From Candidatus Yonathbacteria bacterium CG_4_8_14_3_um_filter_46_25 (GTDB taxonomy: Bacteria > Patescibacteriota > Minisyncoccia > Phycocordibacterales > UBA1539), in assembly GCA_002788135.1 (NCBI GenBank), contig PFQT01000040.1, forward strand, positions 1 to 46,221: a DNA stretch of 46,221 bases. Reading direction: 5' to 3'. This document shows, piece after piece, positions 7,714 through 18,069 of the stretch. Below the pieces are notes generated by a model that was not told the DNA's origin, made no database searches, and saw only the letters and a program-made list of their open reading frames with translations. The position numbers and the translations under genes were made by a program. How positions within the stretch are numbered: the first letter of the stretch is position 1; every line of letters starts with the position of its first letter.

Positions 7714-10700
7714 TACGAGGGCGAATTCGTTTAGGTGGCGAATAATCGGCGGAATACTTATTGTTTCGCTTCTTTCGATACGTTTTCCGATGCCAATTGT
7801 GCTTGCCGACGATGCGAACGATCAGACGGCAGTCGTTGATACCGTTGACCAAAGCAATGATGCGCCACTCGCGAAGACCGCGTCGGAAACATCGGCAATC
7901 ATTGAGACGGGCAACGCGATGAGCGAGGCAGAAATTGCGAATACGGTTAATACAAATACTACCGACACCGATTCCGCTGTCGTCGATGACGATGCATCGT
8001 TTATTCCCGCGGAGGAAGCGGTGGAAACGACGCCGGATATTTCTTCGGATACAATACCAACCGAAGATACCGCCTCCGTATCTTCACTTTCCGACGAGAG
8101 TGCCGAAACATCACCCGAATCGCCGGACAATAATACCGTTGTAAGCAACGAAAACGACGCGATTCTGGAAAATACAGTTGAGTCGAGTGCGCAGACCGGG
8201 GGCAATGAAGCATCCGGCGCGGGCATAAGTTCCGTCACTACCGGTAATGCGTTCGCCGGAGCGAATATTATCAATGTCATCAACACAAACGTACTCAATT
8301 CAACGGGTCTTTTGCTTCTCTTGAATAATTTCTTCAACGTTACGGACGACTTTGATCTCCGAAATATTTATTTTCCTTCCACGAGCGCCGATCCAGTTAT
8401 CGAGAATTCGGAAGGCGCATTTGAAGCGGAAGATGAGCCGTGCGATCCCGATGTGTGCGCGCAAAGCTCTACAATCGCCTCCAAGAATATCAACACCGCG
8501 CAGATTATAAATGATGTCGTGGTTCGGGCAAATACGGGGCAAAACATGGCAACAAGCGATAACGCGACCATTGATACCGGAAACGCTTATGTGGGGGCAA
8601 ATGTGGTGAATATCGCCAATACCAATATTGTTGACTCAAATTATCTTATTCTCGAGATCAACAATTTTGATGATTGGTTTGGAGACTTCGTGTTCCCGTC
8701 GAGCGGCGCTCTTAACGGTTTATTCGGTTTTGGAAATAGTAACGCCGCGGAGCAAGATGAAGACACGGCGAATATCAGCAATGCCAACGATGCCATCGTG
8801 ACAAATAATGTCACGACAAATGCTTTGACTGGCGGAAACGAGATCACCGGCGCTGGCGACGGGTCAGATGTACGGACTGGAAACGCTGTTGCTTCGGCGA
8901 ATATTGAAAATATAGTCAATCAAAATATTTTTAACACTGATTCATTTTTGGTTATTTTTAGAATTCATGGGAACTGGATCGGCAATATCTTCGGTTCACC
9001 AAACGGACTCGCATGGCAAGAAACTCCGGGTGGAATAATGCTCTTTAATGGAGATTTCTCCGAGAACAGTGCGAATAGCAAGAAAAACGCCGTTACTAAT
9101 GTAAATAATGATGTAAAAAACAACAATCTCGCGAATATCACCAATAATGTCAATGTTTATGCTCTGACTGGCGATAATAAGGTCGCTGGCGCGAATAGTT
9201 TGATCAATACGGGAAACGCCTACGCGGCCGCGAATATTGTCAACGTCGCAAACGCGAATATTGTCGGAAAGAATTGGGTTTTGGCAATCGTGAACATATT
9301 TGGAAATTGGACCGGCAATGTCGCCTTTGGGAAGCCCGACCTGTGGATTGGCGGTATGGTGGAAACCAAAAAATATCCCGTTGATCCCGGAACATGGATG
9401 AAATACCGTTTTACCGTGGTTAACCGAGGCGACGCGGATGCAACTGATGTATCAGTTATAGACACACTCGACCTGCGTCATCTGAAATATCGCAAGCCCG
9501 CCAACGCTGAATTGCGCGGCGACACTATCGTGTGGCATATAGGCACTATAGTGCCCGGCGGGACAGTTGAGCTTGAGCTTGATGCGCAGGTTACGAGCGG
9601 TAATATTCCAAACGGCACCATGACGATAGATAACACAGTAACCGCAACAAGCGCGGAAAATGACCAAAATAATGCGGATAATAGAGAGATGGTAATCTTT
9701 GATGTGTACAAACCATCCGCTATAAGCTGGACTGATGTGATTCTTACGCCTGATCCGCACTTATTCGTAGTAAAAACGAATAACACCACTGGTCCCATAA
9801 CGGCAAGCAGTACGGTTGATTACACCATCACGATAAAAAATAAAGGTGGGAGCGCATACCACTCAGTAGTGGTTGATACACTAAAAAACGAAAAAGGTGA
9901 TGTTATTAATGAGGAGGTATGGGATCTTGGTGAAATAGTTCCGAATGAAGAGATAACCGTTGATTATTCGATATTTTTCACTGCAAGCACCACGCCGGGA
10001 GGATATACAAACACAGCACAAGTACACGCGATCGGACGCAATGCCTCTCTTGATCCGTTTTATGGGTGGTTTGCGGATTCAGAAGTAACTACCAGTACTA
10101 TTACCATCCTTGGAAACCCGCCTATGACGTTTTTTGGAGAGACTCCATGGAGCAATGCTACCTCTGTCGTTATGGAGAACGCAACGCCGCCAACTCGTTC
10201 AATTATTGCGCAGAACACTATTTTGACCAAGAATATTAACAGTACCTACGCATTGCTCGAGAAACCTTTCCGTGGCATTCAAGTTATGAAAGGAGATAGC
10301 GCTACTATCGAAGATGGCGGGAACGACGAAATATCCGTTACGGAATTTGACCCGAGCGAGGTGTGCTCGCTTGAGAAGCCCGATCCGAGACCAAACTCAT
10401 TCGCTGATCTTATGCTCGCGCTCGGACTTGGCGATCTGGCAAAAGGCGACGGTGGTGGTACCAATGGCGCATTCGTATATCTCGCGTTGACATATTTGAT
10501 ACTCTATCTCCTCTACTCGACATACCGGGAAGAGGCGCACAGGCGGCTATTCTATGACCTTGACTCTCCGCAGGGGATAGCCGCTCTGTTCGCGAATGGC
10601 ACGACACTCGCTTATATCATTGCAAGTATCACGGGAATTACCGAAGCGCTTACTCCACTCGTGATGATAAATATCATGCTTATTTCAACCGTCTTTTTTT

Positions 10701-10774
10701 TCAACTATCACGACGAATTGTCGCGCTACTTCTCAAGGATGGCGGCATTCGTAAGGTTTACCAGCTTTCTTTAG
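7688..10774 (+). CDS. Large surface protein: about 4.5 TGNA repeats, two DUF11/Ig-like domains, C-terminal TM helices
   Basis: Repeats N.N.A.I.N.V...A.TG.N...I.TGNA.A.AN..N..N.N; DUF11-like YRFTVVNRGDADATDVSVIDTL and YTITIKNKGGSAYHSVVVDTL; hydrophobic C-terminus. Confidence 0.85.
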   Translation: MFFHSLTRNTRANSFRWRIIGGILIVSLLSIRFPMPIVLADDANDQTAVVDTVDQSNDAPLAKTASETSAIIETGNAMSEAEIANTVNTNTTDTDSAVVDDDASFIPAEEAVETTPDISSDTIPTEDTASVSSLSDESAETSPESPDNNTVVSNENDAILENTVESSAQTGGNEASGAGISSVTTGNAFAGANIINVINTNVLNSTGLLLLLNNFFNVTDDFDLRNIYFPSTSADPVIENSEGAFEAEDEPCDPDVCAQSSTIASKNINTAQIINDVVVRANTGQNMATSDNATIDTGNAYVGANVVNIANTNIVDSNYLILEINNFDDWFGDFVFPSSGALNGLFGFGNSNAAEQDEDTANISNANDAIVTNNVTTNALTGGNEITGAGDGSDVRTGNAVASANIENIVNQNIFNTDSFLVIFRIHGNWIGNIFGSPNGLAWQETPGGIMLFNGDFSENSANSKKNAVTNVNNDVKNNNLANITNNVNVYALTGDNKVAGANSLINTGNAYAAANIVNVANANIVGKNWVLAIVNIFGNWTGNVAFGKPDLWIGGMVETKKYPVDPGTWMKYRFTVVNRGDADATDVSVIDTLDLRHLKYRKPANAELRGDTIVWHIGTIVPGGTVELELDAQVTSGNIPNGTMTIDNTVTATSAENDQNNADNREMVIFDVYKPSAISWTDVILTPDPHLFVVKTNNTTGPITASSTVDYTITIKNKGGSAYHSVVVDTLKNEKGDVINEEVWDLGEIVPNEEITVDYSIFFTASTTPGGYTNTAQVHAIGRNASLDPFYGWFADSEVTTSTITILGNPPMTFFGETPWSNATSVVMENATPPTRSIIAQNTILTKNINSTYALLEKPFRGIQVMKGDSATIEDGGNDEISVTEFDPSEVCSLEKPDPRPNSFADLMLALGLGDLAKGDGGGTNGAFVYLALTYLILYLLYSTYREEAHRRLFYDLDSPQGIAALFANGTTLAYIIASITGITEALTPLVMINIMLISTVFFFNYHDELSRYFSRMAAFVRFTSFL

Positions 10775-10945
10775 TAAATAATCCTTTTCTTAAAGCAAAA
10801 AGTTGTCCTTATCGCTTCGTTGTTTACACTCGAAAGCATGGAAAGTGACGAGGGATGGGCTATCGCGGAACCGTGAAGCAAAACGCCCATCAATCTTGAA
10901 AATGTACGCAAGCACGCGCCAAAAGCCGTGAATTTTTTCAGACAA

Positions 10946-10982
10946 TGACCCATTTGTTTCATTTGAGAGCAATGGTCTTTTT
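10946..10982 (+). terminator. Probable terminator in the 10775-11355 spacer
   Basis: GACCCATT...AATGGTC followed by TTTTT. Confidence 0.4.
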
Positions 10983-11177
10983 AAGTAAAAATTCGATATT
11001 ATATCGACTGTCGAACATGAAAAAAACATTTTTACAAAAGAGGAAAGAGTATTCGAAACGCCTTGGCACTTGATGCGATTTTGAAAATTAATTAAAAACA
11101 ATGAAGCATTAAAATACTTCCGAAGAAAAGCACATAAAATCAAATTGGCAACTCGATTTTTCATCAAGGACAATTAG

Positions 11178-11227
11178 TATAGGACAATATATTACGGCTT
11201 TATAAAGCCGTTGCTAGTTGTCCTATA
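11178..11227. promoter_or_regulatory. Nested palindrome (operator-like) upstream of the TasA-like gene
   Basis: TATAGGACAA/TTGTCCTATA arms around a perfect 18-bp palindrome ACGGCTTTATAAAGCCGT (11194-11211); TTGACA boxes follow. Confidence 0.55.
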
Positions 11228-11355
11228 GGGTGCTATTTGACATCGAAAAAAAAGTATTTTTAAGCTTGTTTCGCGCAGTTGACATGACTGTTCTGGCGGT
11301 TAAAGTTTTATTATCTAGTGTGGTTGAATAGCTTGACGCGCTAGGATGAACCAAT

Positions 11356-13464
11356 ATGAATAAACACCACGCAGCAAAAATTTTTTCAAAGATACTGATA
11401 GCAGTCTTGTCGATCGGAATCAACTTGGGAACTTTCGGGAATATCGCTTTTGCCGATTTCGATGAAACAGCCACTGAAAGCTCGGCGGGGAATGTCATCG
11501 GAGCCGGAACACTTGATCTTGGTCTGGTTGCCACATTGTCTCCGTGGGTATTCGATCGATCCACCGGAACGACCACAGCGGAAAAAACGATCGGCATCGC
11601 ATCTTTTGGAACTTTGCCGTTCCAATACAACGCTTCGACCACTGTTTCGGCGGAGTGTATTGGGATTGACGCGGAGATCCGCCTAACTGGCCAAACGATA
11701 TATTCCGGTGCTCTTGAAAATGCGACCACTTCTGCGACGACCACACCCGGAGATATTTCATTATTGTTAACGCTTCCCATCGGGTATGAACAGGGCGTGG
11801 CATGTTCATTTGATGTTGATTTTCGCGCGTGGCAGACAAACGTTGGGAATTATGGTGAAAATGGTTTTTCTGACGCGGCTTCACTCAACGAGCGAGTGTC
11901 GGAAAGTTCGGTAATGATCAATAAGGTTTACTACGATGTAAACACGGAGTATGGCACGGAAGCGAACGAGTGGATCGAGCTCCGCAATAACGCGTCATCC
12001 ACCGTTGATATCTCCGGATGGCGACTGTGCGACAACGTTTCATGTGACGAACTGCCCGAAGGATCATACATTACCGGTTTCGGACACACGCTTGTTTCCG
12101 CGACAAGCGCTACATGGCAATACTGGAATATTCCCGACAATTTTGCGAAAATCGTAATCGACGATAGCAAGATAGGGAATGGTCTTGGCAATGCCGGTGA
12201 TATTTTGACGCTCGAGAGATCAGATGCCACGGTCGTTGACGCGATGAACTGGGGCACCGATACAAGCTATTGGAACCCAGGGATTCCCCTTGTTCTTGGT
12301 GAGGGGTACGCGCTTGGCCGAATAACGAATGTTGACACGGATACCGCGTCTGATTTTAAGGAAATGGCTCCGCCGACTGTCGACCTTTTGAGTCCGGACG
12401 AAGCCGATGATAGTAGGTTTTGGTATTGGGGTCAGTCTTATGCGATTACCTGGAACGCCGATAATCTTCACGGGAGTAACGAGGATCTCTCAATTGATCT
12501 GTATTACATCAAAGATGAAAATCATAACCAAGTTATCGACAACGCTGATACTATACATGTCATAGCAGACAACATTGCCAATAGCGGAGCATACGACTGG
12601 ACAGTTCCGAGTGGGTTTGTGGGATATATCTGGGTAAGGGTTGTCGCGACGGCTCCGGAAAATCCGATGCTCTCAAGCCAAACAACCAGTGGAAAGATAT
12701 ATGACCCATTCCCGACGAAAATGTGGGAGAATGACCCGGATGGCGTCATAGATATGATTATTGCGGATACGGCAGACGAGGGGAAAGTCGTGCTTTCCGA
12801 CACCGTTGACCGGCTAGAAACTGTTGGCTCTGTGGCAGACGCAGATGAAGAATTAGCGGAGGACGAGGTGGTGCCATATAACCATAACATTGAAATAAAC
12901 CGGAACGATGGTGAGTTTGTATCAGGCGAGATTAGCCAGACACTGGAAATGTCAACAACGTCAATAGAGAGCGAAGAAAACGAAATTGAAACAGTGGCAG
13001 AAGAGCCCGTTCTCGACCAAGCAGATACTATAACGACAGATGTCAGCGCCGACAGCGTTCTTTCTGAAAGCGGTAATATGAATGAAAAATCAACACCAGA
13101 GACTGTAATAAATACGGAAGACGTTAAAACAGAGCAGGATGACAAGATAACCGATGATGAAGTTGTGTTGGAGATAAAGGTAATAGTTCATGGTGAGACT
13201 GACGTGGCGGTAATACAGGAAATGGGCGAAGGCGATGCGGTGCTTTCTGTCGCTGAAGTTGACACGATAGTGCAAGGTAATCGCGCTGATAGAGATACCG
13301 CAAAAGAAATAGTTGATAATTATGTTGATGTTCGTACTATACCGGTCACTCTGGAGCCGGCAGACATGATAGTCACTGATATTCTGTTACATACTTTCGA
13401 TAATGATGGCGATAATCAAACTACGACGGAAGAATTTGTGGAAACGTCGCAAGCGCCACGGTAA
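11356..13464 (+). CDS. Secreted protein with TasA/CalY-like N-terminus, lamin-tail domain and acidic tail
   Basis: AFADFDETATESSAGNVIGAGTLDL resembles SipW-class N-termini; LTD motif VMINKVYYD...NEWIELRN...VDISGWRL. Confidence 0.75.
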   Translation: MNKHHAAKIFSKILIAVLSIGINLGTFGNIAFADFDETATESSAGNVIGAGTLDLGLVATLSPWVFDRSTGTTTAEKTIGIASFGTLPFQYNASTTVSAECIGIDAEIRLTGQTIYSGALENATTSATTTPGDISLLLTLPIGYEQGVACSFDVDFRAWQTNVGNYGENGFSDAASLNERVSESSVMINKVYYDVNTEYGTEANEWIELRNNASSTVDISGWRLCDNVSCDELPEGSYITGFGHTLVSATSATWQYWNIPDNFAKIVIDDSKIGNGLGNAGDILTLERSDATVVDAMNWGTDTSYWNPGIPLVLGEGYALGRITNVDTDTASDFKEMAPPTVDLLSPDEADDSRFWYWGQSYAITWNADNLHGSNEDLSIDLYYIKDENHNQVIDNADTIHVIADNIANSGAYDWTVPSGFVGYIWVRVVATAPENPMLSSQTTSGKIYDPFPTKMWENDPDGVIDMIIADTADEGKVVLSDTVDRLETVGSVADADEELAEDEVVPYNHNIEINRNDGEFVSGEISQTLEMSTTSIESEENEIETVAEEPVLDQADTITTDVSADSVLSESGNMNEKSTPETVINTEDVKTEQDDKITDDEVVLEIKVIVHGETDVAVIQEMGEGDAVLSVAEVDTIVQGNRADRDTAKEIVDNYVDVRTIPVTLEPADMIVTDILLHTFDNDGDNQTTTEEFVETSQAPR

Positions 13465-13473
13465 ATATTATTT

Positions 13474-14814
13474 ATGAAAAAAACACCATTTAAACTATTT
13501 ATATCGTCATCTCTTCTTGTGATTGGCATGTTGACGCTTGGAGTATCTCTCGTCCATGCCCAGAGTATTGATGTTAGTTTCGGGAATGAGCCATTCTTTA
13601 ACGACCTTAATCTAGCTCCCGGAGAAAGCATCGCGCGCTATATTGATGTCGCCAATCTCGGAACCACAACCCGACAAGTGATCGTGCGCGGCACTTCAAC
13701 TGACGCGTGTTCCGATGTGTGTATTGGAGATAAACTTTCTTTCGAGATACACGAGGCGACGAGTACTCCGTTCAACGATACGGTTGCCACATTTTTAAAC
13801 GCGGGAGAGATCGTGCTTGGCACTATCGCACCGGGCGACGTGGCGCATTATGACCTTACCGCCACGCTTGATTTGTCTACGGGTAATAGCTACCAAGGAC
13901 GTTCAATCTCGTTTGATCTCGTTATCGGTTTTAGTACTGTCGATTTAAGCGGCGACAATGGTAGCGGCGACACGGGAGATGACTCCGGTTCGGGTGGAAG
14001 CGGAGATGGTAATAGCGGCGGTGATTCAGGCGAAGACGGTATGGGCGGAAGCCAAGAAAATGTTATTCTCTCACAAGGTGGTGGTGGAGGCGGTAATGGT
14101 CCAATCGTTATCAGTGAGAACCTTCTCATAACCAATGAACATATCAGTGATATTAACATTGCGAACGGCACCGCGGTCATTGTATGGAATACTAATCGTC
14201 CCGCCACAAGCCAGGTGGTGTTTGGGAATGCTTCGGAAGGTCCGTACAGTATTAATATAACACAGCAAAACTTTGGTTATGCGCATTCAACCATCGAAAA
14301 TCCGAACAGAACGACCACGCATATTGTTATTGTTGCCGGTCTCAAATCGGGTGAAAAATACAGCTATCGCGTCGTTTCTCGTGAGAATACTTCGATACCG
14401 ACATTGAGCCAAGAGCATCAATTCATTTTTTCCGAAAACGGATTAGAGATCGTTTCCGGCAGCGGATCAGATGGAAGCGGAATGGGTGGTTCGTTTGAAA
14501 GCGCAATCGTTCCTCCGGGCAACGATAACCGGACTCCTGGGTTGGGAAACGAAGGCGCTTACGACACTACCACTCCGATTGAAAGCGATACAAACGGAAA
14601 TGGAGAAAAATTCACGGTTATGGGAATGACGGCTAGTGGTATCTTGGGAGGTCTTGCCGCGGCGCTCTTTGCCTTGGAACAACTGCCTGGATGGGCTCTC
14701 TGGTTTATCATACTTATTGCCATTATTATCATTTCGTATATCACCAGGCAGTATTGGCAACCCTACCTCGTAGGCGATGATTTGAACAGTTCAAAAGATA
14801 TCCCTAAAAAATAA
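13474..14814 (+). CDS. Membrane-anchored surface protein: TasA/CalY-like domain, Gly/Ser linker, FN3-like domain, C-terminal TM
   Basis: FNDLNLAPGESIARYIDVANLG...GNSYQGRSISFDL; VWNTNRPATSQVVFG..THIVIVAGLKSGEKYSYRVVS; TM WALWFIILIAIIII. Confidence 0.75.
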   Translation: MKKTPFKLFISSSLLVIGMLTLGVSLVHAQSIDVSFGNEPFFNDLNLAPGESIARYIDVANLGTTTRQVIVRGTSTDACSDVCIGDKLSFEIHEATSTPFNDTVATFLNAGEIVLGTIAPGDVAHYDLTATLDLSTGNSYQGRSISFDLVIGFSTVDLSGDNGSGDTGDDSGSGGSGDGNSGGDSGEDGMGGSQENVILSQGGGGGGNGPIVISENLLITNEHISDINIANGTAVIVWNTNRPATSQVVFGNASEGPYSINITQQNFGYAHSTIENPNRTTTHIVIVAGLKSGEKYSYRVVSRENTSIPTLSQEHQFIFSENGLEIVSGSGSDGSGMGGSFESAIVPPGNDNRTPGLGNEGAYDTTTPIESDTNGNGEKFTVMGMTASGILGGLAAALFALEQLPGWALWFIILIAIIIISYITRQYWQPYLVGDDLNSSKDIPKK

Positions 14815-14865
14815 CGAGTCGGGAGCTTGCGCGATCAAGAACATTAGGGTATTATACACGACAAT

Positions 14866-15195
14866 ATGAATGTGGATTTTGCGGTAATAGAAACCGGTGG
14901 AAAGCAGTATAAGGTTTTTACAGGCACCGCCTTAACTACCGAGAAACTTCCCGGAGATTATAAAAAAGGAGACACGGTGGTCTTTGACAAGGTACTCCTT
15001 TTCGATGACGGAAAAAAGACCGTTCTCGGGACTCCCTATATCAAAGGCGCAAAAATTGAAGCGGCTTTTGAGGAAACAGGAAAAAAGCGTAAGGTAACAG
15101 TAATAAAATACAAACAAAAAAGCAGGTATTTCAAGAAGCGGGGACACCGGCAACCATATTCAAAAGTAACGATCGCGTCTGTCAGCGCGGCTTAA
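14866..15195 (+). CDS. rplU: 50S ribosomal protein L21
   Basis: FAVIETGGKQYKV...KKRGHRQPYSKV. Confidence 0.97.
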   Translation: MNVDFAVIETGGKQYKVFTGTALTTEKLPGDYKKGDTVVFDKVLLFDDGKKTVLGTPYIKGAKIEAAFEETGKKRKVTVIKYKQKSRYFKKRGHRQPYSKVTIASVSAA

Positions 15196-15213
15196 AGCAT
15201 TGTATCATTCTCT

Positions 15214-15249
15214 AAAAAAGACCAACCGTATTATACGGTCGGTCTTTTT
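15214..15249. terminator. Bidirectional intrinsic terminator
   Basis: A6-GACCAACCGTA-TTA-TACGGTCGGTC-T5 between convergent genes. Confidence 0.8.
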
Positions 15250-15255
15250 AACGTT

Positions 15256-15711
15256 CTATTCGATGTCGATGTCGATGTCGGCGCACTCCACCACATTTCC
15301 GCACCCGTCGAATAGGATAACTCCATCGGTGTTGACGTTCACGAGCGCCGTAAGCGCCTTGTCGGCGTAATGCGTCGAAACGCGAAGTCGTCCCCTGCCC
15401 AGAAACACCTCTCCGTCCAGAGAAACAACCCGCTCCTGCTTTGCCACGAGTATAAATTCCCTTGATGGAATTTCTTCCATACTCAAGCCCAAACTGCAGA
15501 TGACGCGGACAAGTCCGTCACCTTTGACCTCTGCGCACATCTTTGTGCCGGCATAGGGGAGCAATCGCTGATGCCAACACGCATAGAATGCCCACGGCAC
15601 AGCCGTGTAACTGGTCGGGATGGTTCCCCACAGCGAGATCGGACCATCCTTACACATTTCGGCAACACCCGCATCCTTCTGTACAACAGCAATACTTGGG
15701 GAGATGCTCAT
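15256..15711 (-). CDS. Hypothetical orphan protein
   Basis: TTGACA-17-TACATT promoter, AGGAGG SD, ATG 15711. Confidence 0.7.
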   Translation of the reverse strand: MSISPSIAVVQKDAGVAEMCKDGPISLWGTIPTSYTAVPWAFYACWHQRLLPYAGTKMCAEVKGDGLVRVICSLGLSMEEIPSREFILVAKQERVVSLDGEVFLGRGRLRVSTHYADKALTALVNVNTDGVILFDGCGNVVECADIDIDIE

Positions 15712-15881
15712 CTGGTCCTCCTGGGATCGGGTTGAACAACACAAATTATCCTGCCGACAATGTAGGATGAATAAGCAATTCTGTCAAGGTTTTGCGAAAG
15801 TAATCCTACCGCCTTTAGCCGTTTCAGATTTTAACCGCCAGATTATTACTCAAGTCGATGTCGAGACGTGAGAAAAAGGTA

Positions 15882-16508
15882 TTATCCTCTATTTTTAAGA
15901 GCGTTTTTGAGTGTTTCGTCGTCAGAATATTCAAGTTCGGTACCAGTTGAAAGTCCACGTCCCAGTGTTGATACTTTAAGCCGGTTTTTTGTGATGAACG
16001 GTTCAAGTATTTTTTGTATATAGAGAGTTGTGTTCTCGCCTTCCGTGGTCGCTGAAATGGCCAAAATGACCTCAAGCGAGGTGTTTTTTGCAGAAATGGT
16101 GTTAATACGCGCAACCAACTCCGCCGCTCTCACACGCTCTTTGGGAGCCTTGTCGAGAATGGGAATCGTTCCGCCAAGTACGAAAAAAAGCCCATGATAA
16201 ACACCCATTTTCTTGATATTTTCAAGGTCGGTATCTTTTTCAACGACCATAAGTATACTGGTATCGACGTTTGGATCAGTGCATATTTTACATAGCTCTT
16301 GTTGTCCGCGGGTTTCTTTTGGAAAGAAACGATAACAACCAGAGCATTGCCCGACTGATCTTTTGACATCTAAAATAAGCTCGGCGAGTGTTTTCACAAA
16401 TTGATCATCCCGCGAAAGCAAAAAATACACCAATCGTTTCGACTGTCGCGTTCCGATGCCCGGGAATTTTGTGAAATATTCCGCTAGTTTTTCGATAGTA
16501 TTGTTCAT
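15882..16508 (-). CDS. recR: Recombination mediator RecR
   Basis: FPGIG.RQSKRL, C4 zinc finger, Toprim VVEKD, TTEGENT, GRGLSTGTELEYSD. Confidence 0.95.
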   Translation of the reverse strand: MNNTIEKLAEYFTKFPGIGTRQSKRLVYFLLSRDDQFVKTLAELILDVKRSVGQCSGCYRFFPKETRGQQELCKICTDPNVDTSILMVVEKDTDLENIKKMGVYHGLFFVLGGTIPILDKAPKERVRAAELVARINTISAKNTSLEVILAISATTEGENTTLYIQKILEPFITKNRLKVSTLGRGLSTGTELEYSDDETLKNALKNRG

Positions 16509-16536
16509 AGAAATTGTCTCATGGGGCGGGTTTTTC

Positions 16537-17910
16537 TTAGAAATCCTCGAGGTTTTGATCATGATCGCGTCTATTGCTGTCGACATTGAGGAATGTCACT
16601 TTTTTATCATCAAAATACAGCTCCACCATGCCGGTCGGACCATTACGGTGCTTCTCAATGAGGATTTCGGCTATGTTCGGCTTTTCGGAATTTTCATTGT
16701 ATTTGTCATCACGATGAATGAACATCACCACGTCAGCGTCTTGTTCGATTGATCCGGAATCACGCAAGTCAGAGAGCCGTGGTTTGTCGCGGCGCTGTTC
16801 TACGGCGCGTGAAAGTTGAGAGAGCGCAAGTACCGGCACTTTGATCTCCCGAGCAAGACTTTTAAGCGAACGAGAGATTTCAGTTACTTGATTCACCATC
16901 GAATCGTAATTTTTCGTCGTATTCATGAGTTGGAGATAATCGACAATGATAAGTTCAATATTGTGTTCGGCTTTCAGACGACGCGCGGCGGAACGCATAT
17001 TGATGATATTATTGCCCGGTTGATCATCAATATAGATCGGCGCTTTCGCTAATCGGTCGAGAGAGTCTTGAAGCTTCTGAAACTCTTCATCCGCTCTCAA
17101 GTTGCCGGTGCGCAGTTTCCACGCGTCGACGCGCGATTCTGCGGCAAGCATGCGATCGACAAGCTGTTGAGAACTCATCTCAAGCGAAAATATGCCAACC
17201 GGTATATTGTGCATGACCGCGGTTTGGCGCGCGATATCAAGCGCGAGTGCCGTTTTTCCCATTGATGGGCGAGCGGCAAGGATAATGAGATCCGATTGTT
17301 GTAAACCGGAGAGCTTCTCGTCAAGTCCGGTAAACCCGGTAGGGATTCCGCGCAACGTGTTGGTCGAGTTGTGGAGTTTATCAAATCGTTCCCATGCTTC
17401 TCCCAATGCGTCTTTGATACTGATGAAGTTTTGCCCAATGCCAAAATTGGTGATCCCGAATATTTTTTTCTCCGCTTTGTCGAGCAAAGTATCAACATCT
17501 TCGCTCTCATCATAGCCGAATTCGGAAATATGATCCGCGGCATCAATCAATTCTCGTAAAACGCGTTTTTTCTGGACGGTTTTCGCGTAGTGTTTGATGT
17601 TGGCGGCCGAAGGAACGATGTTGACAAGCTCGGTCAAGTACGAACTTCCGCCGATCGTTTCAAGTTTTTTCTTTTCTCGCAAACGCGAAGAGACCGAAAG
17701 AAGATCGATCGGCTCGTGTTTTGAATGGAGGTCAAGCATCACCTTGAAGATAAGGCGATTTTTTTCCGCGTAAAATGATTCGGAATCGACAACATCAACA
17801 ATATCGTGCATCGTCTCGGGTTTGAGCATGATGGAACCGAGGAGTGCTTTCTCCGAATCAATGTCTTGTGGCGGAATACGCATGGGGCCTGATTTGAATT
17901 CTTTCGCCAT
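16537..17910 (-). CDS. dnaB: Replicative DNA helicase
   Basis: AARPSMGKT, FSLEM, IVDYLQL, LSQLSR, DLRDSGSIEQDAD, KHRNGPTG. Confidence 0.98.
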   Translation of the reverse strand: MAKEFKSGPMRIPPQDIDSEKALLGSIMLKPETMHDIVDVVDSESFYAEKNRLIFKVMLDLHSKHEPIDLLSVSSRLREKKKLETIGGSSYLTELVNIVPSAANIKHYAKTVQKKRVLRELIDAADHISEFGYDESEDVDTLLDKAEKKIFGITNFGIGQNFISIKDALGEAWERFDKLHNSTNTLRGIPTGFTGLDEKLSGLQQSDLIILAARPSMGKTALALDIARQTAVMHNIPVGIFSLEMSSQQLVDRMLAAESRVDAWKLRTGNLRADEEFQKLQDSLDRLAKAPIYIDDQPGNNIINMRSAARRLKAEHNIELIIVDYLQLMNTTKNYDSMVNQVTEISRSLKSLAREIKVPVLALSQLSRAVEQRRDKPRLSDLRDSGSIEQDADVVMFIHRDDKYNENSEKPNIAEILIEKHRNGPTGMVELYFDDKKVTFLNVDSNRRDHDQNLEDF

Positions 17911-18042
17911 GGTCGTGTCATTCTAGCACATGACCCCGGTATACCGCATCTGCAAAAATGGGCAGAACCTTGTGATTATTGTGGGGACAAAAGCGTTTTG
18001 CCCTGCCGAGCAAAATAAATCACACCACACATTTTAAAAAAC

Positions 18043-18061
18043 AAAGGTGTCTGACCCCTTT
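18043..18061. repeat. REP-like palindrome AAAGGTGTCTGACCCCTTT
   Basis: Imperfect palindrome located where DUF1653 similarity stops. Confidence 0.45.
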
Positions 18062-18069
18062 CTCGTTGA

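Noticed and set aside
10790..11173. 127-aa minus-strand ORF
   Set aside because: TTG start, no motif, AT-rich low-information translation, and it overlaps plus-strand hairpins; probably spurious
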